DNA of 32,000 nt from NCBI RefSeq assembly GCF_026241135.1, contig NZ_JAPFGA010000003.1, positions 252,956 through 284,955 of the forward strand, read 5' to 3'. Shown piece after piece: positions 24,112 through 32,000 of this stretch. The translations under genes and the position numbers were made by a program. The stretch's first letter is position 1; each line of letters begins with the position of its first letter. The DNA comes from Galbibacter sp. EGI 63066 (GTDB lineage: Bacteria; Bacteroidota; Bacteroidia; Flavobacteriales; Flavobacteriaceae). Under the pieces are notes generated by a model, which made no database searches, was not told where the DNA came from, and saw nothing but the letters and a program-made list of their open reading frames with translations.

Positions 24112-25068
24112 TCAAGTGTTATTATGCTCTATTTTTTTATAGGAAGCGATAATATTTCTAACCAATCGGTGACGGATCACATCTTTGTCATCCAAATACA
24201 AAATACCAATGCCTTTTATGTCTTTGAGTACCAAAAGGGCTTCTTTTAATCCTGAGGTTACACGTCGTGGAAGGTCTATCTGTCCGGGATCACCAGTGAT
24301 AATAAATTTGGCATTTTTTCCCATTCGTGTCAGGAACATTTTCATCTGGGCGTGTGTGGTGTTTTGAGCTTCATCGAGAATCACAAAAGCATTGTCGAGG
24401 GTTCGTCCACGCATAAACGCCATGGGCGCAATTTGTATGATTCCATGTTCAATATAATTCTGCAATTTTTCCGCAGGGATCATATCGCGTAGCGCATCAT
24501 AAAGTGGTTGCATATACGGATCGAGCTTTTCTTTCAGGTCACCTGGTAGAAATCCGAGGTTCTCCCCTGCTTCCACCGCAGGTCTTGTCAATATGATCCG
24601 TCGTACTTGCTTTTCTTTCAAGGCTTTGACCGCCAAAGCCACACCTGTATAGGTTTTTCCGGTTCCGGCAGGACCGATGGCAAAGACCATATCGTTCTTT
24701 TTCATCATTTCCACCAATTTCTGCTGATTAACAGTTTGCGCTTTGATCAAACGTCCATTTGTACCGTGAAGCAATACTTCTCCATTAAGTTGGGCGTCAA
24801 TAAGATCCTGTCCGCTATCACTCGAAAGTACATGCTCGATGGTATTTTCATCCAACTTGTTGTATTTCCCAAAATGGGTCACTAACATATCGAGTCGTTT
24901 GTCAAATTCCTCCAGCAATTCTTCATCCCCATAGGCTTTGATCTTATTGCCCCGGGCAACAATCTTCAGTTTTGGATAATACTTTTTAAGAAGTTCTATA
25001 TTAGCATTTCGGGTTCCAAAAAAGTCTTTTGGATTGATTTCAGTGAGTTCGATTATAAGTTCGTTCAA
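24112..25068 (-). CDS. phoH: PhoH-family ATPase
   Basis: 318 aa with Walker A in GPAGTGKTY, a ..ILDEAQN.. Walker B-like block, and the typical PhoH C-terminal region. Confidence 0.88.
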   Translation of the reverse strand: MNELIIELTEINPKDFFGTRNANIELLKKYYPKLKIVARGNKIKAYGDEELLEEFDKRLDMLVTHFGKYNKLDENTIEHVLSSDSGQDLIDAQLNGEVLLHGTNGRLIKAQTVNQQKLVEMMKKNDMVFAIGPAGTGKTYTGVALAVKALKEKQVRRIILTRPAVEAGENLGFLPGDLKEKLDPYMQPLYDALRDMIPAEKLQNYIEHGIIQIAPMAFMRGRTLDNAFVILDEAQNTTHAQMKMFLTRMGKNAKFIITGDPGQIDLPRRVTSGLKEALLVLKDIKGIGILYLDDKDVIRHRLVRNIIASYKKIEHNNT

Positions 25069-25320
25069 AAGCTAAAGTTTAAGTGAGTACTCTTCATCAT
25101 GTCATCTGTTTAACAGTATGTATTAAAATACGTAATATTCATTTATTTTTCAGCAGATTTCTGACATAAAAAATTAAAATTATTAACAACCATAAACAAA
25201 TTTTAGTTTCATTTCCTGCCTGTTCAGTAGGCGGGCAGGAAAACCCTCCTTCCGTCACGCAAGTTTTACCAATTTCCTTCATTCATGCATTCTCATCATT
25301 TTAAATGAAAAAATTTAATG

Positions 25321-25328
25321 TACTTTTG
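25321..25328 (+). promoter_or_regulatory. candidate -7 box (TACTTTTG)
   Basis: Exact TAnnTTTG match ~100 nt upstream of the ATG at 25430. The predicted leader begins with an A/U-rich two-stem hairpin (25338..25386). Confidence 0.4.
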
Positions 25329-25429
25329 TGCAAGGTATTTGCTTAAATCTTGTATTTGTTATAGTTTCCTAACAAACTTAAGCAAAAAATCACTTTCTTA
25401 AATTAAAAAAACATCAACATTTTTAATAA

Positions 25430-26257
25430 ATGGCAATAATTACTTTAACTACAGATTTTGGTGAGCGGGATCATTTTGTAGGTGCCATTAAAGGTTTTAT
25501 TCTTAGTGAGATAGAAGATGCCAACATTGTTGATATTTCCCATTTGGTGAGTCCGTTTAATATTGTGGAAGCTGCTTATATCATAGGAAATGCCTATAAA
25601 ACCTTTCCAAAAGGAAGTATTCATATTATAGGTGTTGATTCTGAACTCACTCCGGTGAACAAACATGTGGCTGTAGCCATCGACGGGCATTTCTTTATCG
25701 GTGCCGACAACGGTATTCTTTCTTTTTTGGCCAATGAGGTCAATCCGGAGAAGATCGTAGAAATCAATATTCACGACCGTATCAAGAGTGTTTTTCCCGT
25801 ATTGGATGTTTTTGTGAAAGTAGCCGGACACATTTCCAGGGGCGGTACTCTGGAAGTCATTGGGAAAGCTATCAAAAAACTGAAAATGCCTAAAGGGCTC
25901 TCGCCTATTATCAACAACGAGGAAAACCAAATAACCGGTAGCGTTATCTATATCGACAACTACGGAAATGTGGTGACCAATATTTCCAAGCGTTTGTTTG
26001 AAACCTATAAACGGGGAAGAGGTTTTGAATTATGGGCACGTAATCATAAATTTACAAACGTTTATCACAAATACAGTGACGTGGTTAACTTCGATACGGA
26101 GTCTGTCAACAAAAAAGACGGGGAGAAACTGGCCATATTCAATTCGGCTTCGCTGATTGAACTCGCCATCTACCGAAGTAACCTGGATACTGTGGGTGGT
26201 GCCTCTACCCTTTTGGGATTGAAATACAGAGACCCTATTACCATTAATTTTATATAA
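25430..26257 (+). CDS. SAM hydrolase / SAM-dependent halogenase-family protein (DUF62, 5'-deoxyadenosine-forming)
   Basis: 275 aa. The N-terminus MAIITLTTDFGERDHFVGAIKG.. is the hallmark TDFG block of this family, and ..IDNYGN.. is also typical. Confidence 0.82.
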   Translation: MAIITLTTDFGERDHFVGAIKGFILSEIEDANIVDISHLVSPFNIVEAAYIIGNAYKTFPKGSIHIIGVDSELTPVNKHVAVAIDGHFFIGADNGILSFLANEVNPEKIVEINIHDRIKSVFPVLDVFVKVAGHISRGGTLEVIGKAIKKLKMPKGLSPIINNEENQITGSVIYIDNYGNVVTNISKRLFETYKRGRGFELWARNHKFTNVYHKYSDVVNFDTESVNKKDGEKLAIFNSASLIELAIYRSNLDTVGGASTLLGLKYRDPITINFI

Positions 26258-26276
26258 CTTTAAACAAAAACAGCTT

Positions 26277-26984
26277 GTGTTTGCTATTATAAAACGAGAA
26301 ATAAACAGCTTTTTTTCAACGCCCATCGCCTACTTGGTCATCGGATTGTTTTTAGTACTAAGCGGTCTCTTTCTTTGGGTCTTTAAAGGTGAATTCAATA
26401 TTCCAGAAAGCGGTTTTGCCGACCTCTATCCGTTTTTTCAGTTGGCGCCATGGATCTTGCTTTTCCTCATTCCTGCCGTGACCATGAAAACCTTTTCTGA
26501 AGAAAAGAAAATGGGTACTTTGGAGTTGCTCCTCACCCGCCCTGTCAACAAACGCCAAATTGTTTTCGGAAAGTTTTTCGGTGCTTTTATCTTAGCCATT
26601 ATTGCGCTCATTCCAACCCTTTTGTATGTGGTTTCCATTTGGAATCTCGCCAGCCCCGTTGGAAATATCGATATGGGTAGTATAACAGGGTCATATATCG
26701 GTCTCATATTCCTGATCGCTTCCTATACCGCTATTGGAGTCTTTACCTCTTCCGTTACCGAGAACCAAATCATTGCTTTTATGGGGGCTGTGTTATTGTG
26801 TTTCTCATTCTATTACGGATTTTCGGGGTTTTCTACTGTTGAAGGACTCTCGTTTATGGAAAATCTAAGCCTGAAATATCATTTTGACAGCATCGCCCGG
26901 GGGGTAATCGACCTTAGGAACATTGTCTATTTCGTTAGCGTTTCGGCCTTTTTCCTCGTATTAACTATTTTTAACCTGAAATAA
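26277..26984 (+). CDS. gldF: gliding-motility ABC transporter permease GldF
   Basis: 235 aa with a GTG start. The N-terminus (M)FAIIKREINSFFSTPIAYLV.. and the overall six-helix pattern closely match my recollection of Flavobacterium GldF. No in-frame ATG would preserve this N-terminus. Confidence 0.82.
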   Translation: MFAIIKREINSFFSTPIAYLVIGLFLVLSGLFLWVFKGEFNIPESGFADLYPFFQLAPWILLFLIPAVTMKTFSEEKKMGTLELLLTRPVNKRQIVFGKFFGAFILAIIALIPTLLYVVSIWNLASPVGNIDMGSITGSYIGLIFLIASYTAIGVFTSSVTENQIIAFMGAVLLCFSFYYGFSGFSTVEGLSFMENLSLKYHFDSIARGVIDLRNIVYFVSVSAFFLVLTIFNLK

Positions 26985-26990
26985 AAAGCT

Positions 26991-28658
26991 GTGGTGGACA
27001 TTACTAAAAAAATCGGTGTTAAAATCATTCTGTTGCTTCTGATTCTTATCGGGATCAATTTTATAGTTTCCTTTTTTGTACTACGGGCAGACCTTACAAA
27101 AAACAAACGCTACACCCTATCGGAAGCTTCTAAAAACACGGTACAAAATACTAATCAGGCCATTATCGTTGATGTTTTATTGGAAGGGGATCTTCCTGCG
27201 GAATTCAGAAGACTGCAAACTGAAACAAAACAACTACTGGAGGAATTTGCTACGGTCAACAACCAAATCAGGGTTAATTTTATAGATCCGTTGGATAATG
27301 ATATGCCTCGGGAACAAAATGTGCAATCGCTACAGGAATTGGGCTTAACACCCGCTTCGGTAACAGTTGAAGAAGGCAATAGAATGTCGAGGGAATTGGT
27401 TTTCCCCTGGGCGCTGGTTAATATGGGTGAAAAAACAGTGAGAGTATCGCTGCTACAAAACAAATTGGGAGCAAACAGCGAACAACGTGTAAACAATTCC
27501 GTTCAGCAATTGGAATACGCCTTTGCAGATGCTTTTAAACAACTCACCATAACCGACAAAAAGAAAGTAGCTGTCTTGAAAGGCAATGGGGAAATGCCCG
27601 ATAAATATATGGTTGATTTTTTATTGAGCCTACGCAACTATTATCAGCTCGGGGAATTCAATTTAGACTCCTTGAAGAACGACCCAAAACAGGTTTTGGA
27701 GAACCTAAACCGCTTTGAGGCCGCCATAATTGCAAAACCCACCATAGCCTTTAGAGATACCGAAAAATACATCCTAGATCAGTATATCATCAAGGGCGGA
27801 AAAACTCTTTGGATGGTCGATCAGGTTGTTGCCGATCTGGACAGCCTGCAAAATGAAAGCTATTCGTCTGTGGCCTATCCCATGGACCTCAATCTGGACG
27901 ATATGCTTTTCCGCTACGGGGTTCGCATCAATAAGACTTTGGTACAAGACCTCATTTCAATTCCGGTAACGGTAACCGACCAAAACGGGGAAATACCTAT
28001 CAATTGGTTTTATTCGCCTATGGTAGCTTCGGCAGACAACCACCCTATCAATACCGGATTAAATGTAGTGAAACTGGAATTTGCCAATACCATCGACACC
28101 TTGCCCAACGGTGTTCAAAAAACAATCCTGCTGAAAAGTTCGCCACAATCCAAAGCAGTCGGTACGCCTATTGGTTACAGTCTGGATCAGTTTGACTCAC
28201 AGCAAGCCATTGAGACGTTCAACAAAGGAAACAACACTTTGGGTGTTTTGTTGGAGGGAAAATTCACATCCGCATTCCAAAACAGGGTAAAACCCTTTGC
28301 TTTGGATTCAGAAAAAGGAGAAAACGATGCGGACAACAAAATGATCGTCATTGCAGACGGTGATATTGTGAACTACAATTATGTGAATAAAAAGCCTTTG
28401 ATCAACGGCGTTGATAAATGGACAAAACAATTTTATGCCAATAGAGAATTCCTCTTAAATTCCGTAAATTACCTTTTGGACGACGACGGACTTATAAACA
28501 TTCGTACAAAAGAAGTAACCCTGTCTTTTCTCGACAAACAAAAAACTTATGATGAAAAAGGCTTCTGGCAACTTGTAAACATTGGTGTTCCAATAGTTTT
28601 AATACTTGTTTTTGGAGGCTTATTTACCTACTTTAAAAGAAGAAAATACACAACGTAA
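26991..28658 (+). CDS. gldG: gliding-associated ABC transporter auxiliary component GldG
   Basis: 555 aa with a GTG start. It has an N-terminal TM helix, ..ADLTKNKRYTLS.., a large periplasmic body and a C-terminal TM anchor. It lies directly after gldF, as in characterised gld loci. Confidence 0.82.
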   Translation: MVDITKKIGVKIILLLLILIGINFIVSFFVLRADLTKNKRYTLSEASKNTVQNTNQAIIVDVLLEGDLPAEFRRLQTETKQLLEEFATVNNQIRVNFIDPLDNDMPREQNVQSLQELGLTPASVTVEEGNRMSRELVFPWALVNMGEKTVRVSLLQNKLGANSEQRVNNSVQQLEYAFADAFKQLTITDKKKVAVLKGNGEMPDKYMVDFLLSLRNYYQLGEFNLDSLKNDPKQVLENLNRFEAAIIAKPTIAFRDTEKYILDQYIIKGGKTLWMVDQVVADLDSLQNESYSSVAYPMDLNLDDMLFRYGVRINKTLVQDLISIPVTVTDQNGEIPINWFYSPMVASADNHPINTGLNVVKLEFANTIDTLPNGVQKTILLKSSPQSKAVGTPIGYSLDQFDSQQAIETFNKGNNTLGVLLEGKFTSAFQNRVKPFALDSEKGENDADNKMIVIADGDIVNYNYVNKKPLINGVDKWTKQFYANREFLLNSVNYLLDDDGLINIRTKEVTLSFLDKQKTYDEKGFWQLVNIGVPIVLILVFGGLFTYFKRRKYTT

Positions 28659-28697
28659 ATGTTAATAAGTTATTTTCTGTAAAAAAATCAATTAAGA

Positions 28698-28705
28698 TAT
28701 CTTTG
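28698..28705 (+). promoter_or_regulatory. candidate -7 box (TATCTTTG) for dnaN
   Basis: Exact TAnnTTTG match ending 22 nt upstream of the dnaN ATG. Confidence 0.45.
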
Positions 28706-28727
28706 TAAGTGTTAGAAAATTGAGAAA

Positions 28728-29846
28728 ATGAAATTTATAGTATCAAGTTCATACCTATTAAAGCAACTTCAAGTTTTAGGAGGTGTTATCAATAACAGTA
28801 ACACGCTACCCATACTCGATAATTTTTTGTTTGAATTGAATCAAAACAAACTTACGGTTTCTGCCTCCGATCTGGAGACGACCATGAGTGCCGTGCTTGA
28901 GGTAGATTCAGATTCTGAAGGGAGTGTTGCCGTTCCCGCAAAATTGTTATTAGACACGCTAAAAACGTTTCCGGAACAACCTTTGACGTTTGTTGTGGAA
29001 AGTAACAATACGGTAGAAATCAGTTCTAATCACGGAAAATATGCCTTGGCTTATGCCGATGGTGCCGAATTTCCGAATTCGGTAGAATTGGCCGATGCCA
29101 TTTCAACAACACTTTTGGGAGATATCTTGGCAACCGCTATCAGCAAAACCATTTTTGCCTCCGGAAACGACGATCTTCGTCCGGTCATGAGCGGTGTATT
29201 CTTTCAATTTTCTCCTGAGAACCTGACTTTTGTGGCTACCGATGCTCATAAATTGGTGAAGTACAGAAGAAATGATGTGCAAGCTTCACAGGTTACTGAA
29301 TTTATCATGCCGAAAAAACCGCTGACATTGCTCAAAGGAATTTTAGCAGGAAATGAAAGTGATGTTGTGATCGAATACAACGAAAGCAATGCCAAATTTA
29401 CTTTTGACAATATTGAATTGGTATGTAGGTTGATCGACGGGAAATATCCGAATTACGAAGCCGTAATACCAAAAGAAAACCCAAATAAACTAACAATCGA
29501 CAGAGGTCAATTCTTTGGCTCAGTGAGAAGGGTTTCTATTTTTTCAAACAAGACTACACATCAAATACGCTTGAAAATTGCCGGTGCAGAGCTTAATATT
29601 TCTGCGGAAGACGTAGATTATAGCAACAAGGCAGAAGAACGTCTCACTTGTGATTATCAGGGCGACGATATGGAAATAGGATTTAATTCCAGATTTTTGA
29701 ACGAAATGTTAAACAATCTTTCATCAGATAATGTTTCTTTGGAGATGAGTTTGCCAAACAGAGCGGGAATTTTAACCCCTGTTGACGGTTTGGACGAAGG
29801 TGAAGAAATTACCATGCTGGTTATGCCGGTGATGCTTAATAGTTAA
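28728..29846 (+). CDS. dnaN: DNA polymerase III beta sliding clamp
   Basis: 372 aa. MKFIVSSSYLLKQLQVLGGVI.., the three-domain length and the ..VMPVML.. C-terminus are typical of DnaN. Confidence 0.93.
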   Translation: MKFIVSSSYLLKQLQVLGGVINNSNTLPILDNFLFELNQNKLTVSASDLETTMSAVLEVDSDSEGSVAVPAKLLLDTLKTFPEQPLTFVVESNNTVEISSNHGKYALAYADGAEFPNSVELADAISTTLLGDILATAISKTIFASGNDDLRPVMSGVFFQFSPENLTFVATDAHKLVKYRRNDVQASQVTEFIMPKKPLTLLKGILAGNESDVVIEYNESNAKFTFDNIELVCRLIDGKYPNYEAVIPKENPNKLTIDRGQFFGSVRRVSIFSNKTTHQIRLKIAGAELNISAEDVDYSNKAEERLTCDYQGDDMEIGFNSRFLNEMLNNLSSDNVSLEMSLPNRAGILTPVDGLDEGEEITMLVMPVMLNS

Positions 29847-29871
29847 TATACTTACTACAACCCATTACATA

Positions 29872-29911
29872 AAAACCCCGTTTAAATTGTGTGTTAATTT
29901 AACGGGGTTTT
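29872..29911. terminator. bidirectional intrinsic terminator
   Basis: aaaaccccgtttaaatt / aatttaacggggtttt form a ~16-bp stem with a single-base bulge and a 7-nt loop. A/T runs sit on both sides, between convergent dnaN (+) and the DUF4870-like gene (-). Confidence 0.72.
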
Positions 29912-29947
29912 GTATTGTTTATACTTTAGTGATTTAAACTTTTTTAT

Positions 29948-30289
29948 CTATTTGATAATATTCAAACTAAAAGGATAATAAACCTCCTCTCCATTGGAAG
30001 CTTTAATCGCGTTAATGATAGGAAATACAAAAGCGATAATTCCTATAAAGATCAAGGTCAAAATTCCGAGTCCCAATAGCAAAATAAGCGGAATGCTGAT
30101 CAGTGTATAGATGAGTATACTCAATTGAAAGTTGATAATTGCCTTTCCGTGATCATCCATACTGTAGATGGTTTCCTTGTTACAAAGCCATAAGATCAAA
30201 GGAACAATTAAGCCTCCAAAACCTGTTATATAATCCAATAACTGACTTAAATGTGTTACTACTAATAATTGATTGTCTGTTCGTTGCAT
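29948..30289 (-). CDS. small integral membrane protein (DUF4870-like)
   Basis: 113 aa with 3 predicted TM helices. ..DDHGKAIINFQLSILIY.. resembles the conserved block of DUF4870 proteins. The family call is tentative. Confidence 0.6.
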   Translation of the reverse strand: MQRTDNQLLVVTHLSQLLDYITGFGGLIVPLILWLCNKETIYSMDDHGKAIINFQLSILIYTLISIPLILLLGLGILTLIFIGIIAFVFPIINAIKASNGEEVYYPFSLNIIK

Positions 30290-30491
30290 AACTTTTTGAT
30301 TGATGGTTTACACATATATGACGAACGATCATGTAATTTGTTACAATTTATTATACATCGCTAAAAAAGAGAATTGATATATGAGAATCACGTCAGTTCG
30401 AATTTTTTCCGAAGGAAAAAGTATTGAGAACAAGTGATTTTCATCCAAAAACCTAATTTCGATATTTCCCTTTAATCTTCAACAGTATTTG

Positions 30492-30499
30492 TACTTTTG
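30492..30499 (+). promoter_or_regulatory. candidate -7 box (TACTTTTG) for mnmE
   Basis: Exact TAnnTTTG match ending 15 nt upstream of the ATG at 30515. The TTG start at 30497 in the ORF track lies inside this box. Confidence 0.45.
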
Positions 30500-30514
30500 C
30501 TTAAAATTTGGTGT

Positions 30515-31924
30515 ATGAAGATTCAGGATAATATTGTTGCCTTAGCCACACCTTCGGGTGCAGGTGCTATTTCAGTCATTCGAATTTCAGGAAAAGATGC
30601 AGTTTCGATAACGGAACCGCTTTTTAGGTCCATACGCCAAAAAAAACTCTCCGAACAAAAGTCACATACTATTCATTTAGGGCATATTATTGACCCTTCG
30701 ACAGGCTCAGGGCAGGCTGATAAAACCCTGGACGAGGTTTTGGTTTCCATTTTTAAGGCTCCTAATTCATATACAGGTGAAAATGTGGTTGAAGTTTCCT
30801 GCCACGGTTCACCCTTTATTCAACAGGAAATCATACAACTATTTCTACGGAATGGCTGCCGTATGGCCGATGCAGGGGAATTTACACTTCGGGCTTTCCT
30901 GAACGGAAAACTCGACCTGTCCCAGGCCGAAGCCGTAGCCGACCTCATCGCTTCAGACAATGAGGCCAGTCACCAAATAGCCATGCAACAAATGCGTGGC
31001 GGGTTTAGCAGCGAAATAAAAAAACTGCGGGAAGAACTGCTTAATTTCGCTTCCCTGATCGAGTTGGAATTGGATTTTGCTGAAGAAGATGTGGAATTTG
31101 CTGACAGAACACAATTCAATGCCCTGCTGGAGAAAATCCAATTGGTTTTAAAACGCCTGATTGATTCCTTTGCTGTGGGTAATGTCATCAAAAACGGAAT
31201 CCCCGTAGCCATTGTAGGCGAACCCAATGTTGGAAAATCCACCTTACTCAATGCCCTTTTAAATGAGGAACGCGCCATTGTAAGTGACATTGCCGGAACT
31301 ACACGTGACACTATCGAGGATGAAATAAACATCGGAGGTATTGGTTTTAGGTTTATTGATACCGCCGGAATTCGTGACACTAAAGATGTGGTGGAAAGTA
31401 TTGGTATAAAAAAGACTTTTGAAAAAATTGAACAATCGCAGGTAACTGTTATGTTGTTTGATGCAAAAGAGTTCAAAATTCAAGGTTCAAGACTGAAGGT
31501 TGAGATTGAAAAAATCAAGAACAGATTCCCTCAAAAACCGCTGGTAATCATTGCCAATAAAGTCGATCTCCTTTCTGAAGAGGAAATTTCAAATCTCAAA
31601 TCCCAAATCCCAAATGTTCATCTTTTATCGGCAAAGACCGGACAAGGTGTAGAAGAACTTACCAATAAATTACTGGAATTTGTCAACACCGGAGCCTTAC
31701 GCAATAATGAAACCATTGTGACCAACAGCCGCCACTACGATTCTTTGTTAAAAGCCTTATCAGAAATCGACAAAGTAAAAGAAGGATTGGCCAACGGGAT
31801 CTCAGGTGATTTACTCGCCATCGACATCCGTCAGGCTTTGTATCATTTCGGTGAAATCACCGGGGAAATTTCTTCTGATGATCTTCTGGGTAATATTTTT
31901 GCTAATTTTTGTATCGGGAAGTAA
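30515..31924 (+). CDS. mnmE: tRNA uridine-5-carboxymethylaminomethyl modification GTPase MnmE
   Basis: Start is set at MKIQDNIVALATPSGAGAISVIRISG... G-domain motifs are GEPNVGKST, DTAG and NKVD. The family-defining C-terminal FCIGK motif is present. Confidence 0.93.
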   Translation: MKIQDNIVALATPSGAGAISVIRISGKDAVSITEPLFRSIRQKKLSEQKSHTIHLGHIIDPSTGSGQADKTLDEVLVSIFKAPNSYTGENVVEVSCHGSPFIQQEIIQLFLRNGCRMADAGEFTLRAFLNGKLDLSQAEAVADLIASDNEASHQIAMQQMRGGFSSEIKKLREELLNFASLIELELDFAEEDVEFADRTQFNALLEKIQLVLKRLIDSFAVGNVIKNGIPVAIVGEPNVGKSTLLNALLNEERAIVSDIAGTTRDTIEDEINIGGIGFRFIDTAGIRDTKDVVESIGIKKTFEKIEQSQVTVMLFDAKEFKIQGSRLKVEIEKIKNRFPQKPLVIIANKVDLLSEEEISNLKSQIPNVHLLSAKTGQGVEELTNKLLEFVNTGALRNNETIVTNSRHYDSLLKALSEIDKVKEGLANGISGDLLAIDIRQALYHFGEITGEISSDDLLGNIFANFCIGK

Positions 31925-32000
31925 TTACTGAAAACAAAGGAAAGCAAAAGTATACAAAACTCAATAATACCAGTACTTTACAGACATAAAACTAATTTTC

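Noticed and set aside
25069-25429. SAM-type riboswitch upstream of the SAM-cleaving enzyme gene.
   Set aside because: The predicted leader (25335..25429) forms only an A/U-rich two-stem hairpin (25338..25386). I see none of the conserved SAM-I, SAM-II or SAM-SAH core elements. No terminator or anti-terminator alternative is evident.
28659-30514. Possible chromosomal origin (oriC), because dnaN and mnmE, both often origin-proximal, are neighbours.
   Set aside because: No dnaA gene is present. I found no cluster of DnaA boxes (TTATCCACA/TGTGGATAA) in the intergenic regions. The only near-matches are isolated 7-8/9 hits inside coding sequence, at about 1877 and 10923.
1-32000. Defence island, toxin-antitoxin pair, prophage, integrative element or secondary-metabolite cluster.
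   Set aside because: I found no integrase, recombinase, phage structural, restriction-modification, Cas, or NTPase/nuclease defence-type genes. Gene content is housekeeping or envelope enzymes, apart from the RAYT locus and the short repeats.

Overview
This 32-kb window looks like a mostly core chromosomal segment of a Flavobacteriia-class Bacteroidota genome. Supporting signs are gliding genes gldF/gldG, a fused ResB-CcsA cytochrome c maturase, bacillithiol deacetylase BshB1, many exported lipoprotein enzymes, and exact TAnnTTTG -7 promoter boxes ahead of several genes. I can support 26 protein-coding genes, one 33-codon membrane smORF missing from the ORF track, one tRNA-His, several hairpin terminators and two repeat families. 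I see no rRNA, CRISPR array, prophage, integron or recognisable defence or toxin-antitoxin island, and nothing here is a clear-cut novel system. The observations most worth a second look are: (1) a lone HUH/Y1 RAYT-like transposase bracketed by oppositely oriented REP-like hairpin arrays with an exact 55-nt period and stem covariation. (2) A ~125-137 nt palindromic MITE/REP-like element sits directly after two stop codons, and a 17-nt exact fragment of it lies in frame inside the essential gene mnmE. (3) A tightly packed operon encodes an exported 834-aa PIG-L deacetylase, the 33-aa TM peptide, a Na+/solute symporter and a Gfo/Idh/MocA oxidoreductase, with unknown substrate. (4) A divergent envelope module (haem lipoprotein + YceI // OB-fold anchor + DUF5777 barrel) surrounds a repeated 15-nt palindrome-containing motif. 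(5) The tRNA-His has two adjacent U:U mismatches in its acceptor stem. All product calls come from reading motifs by eye; no database search was run.
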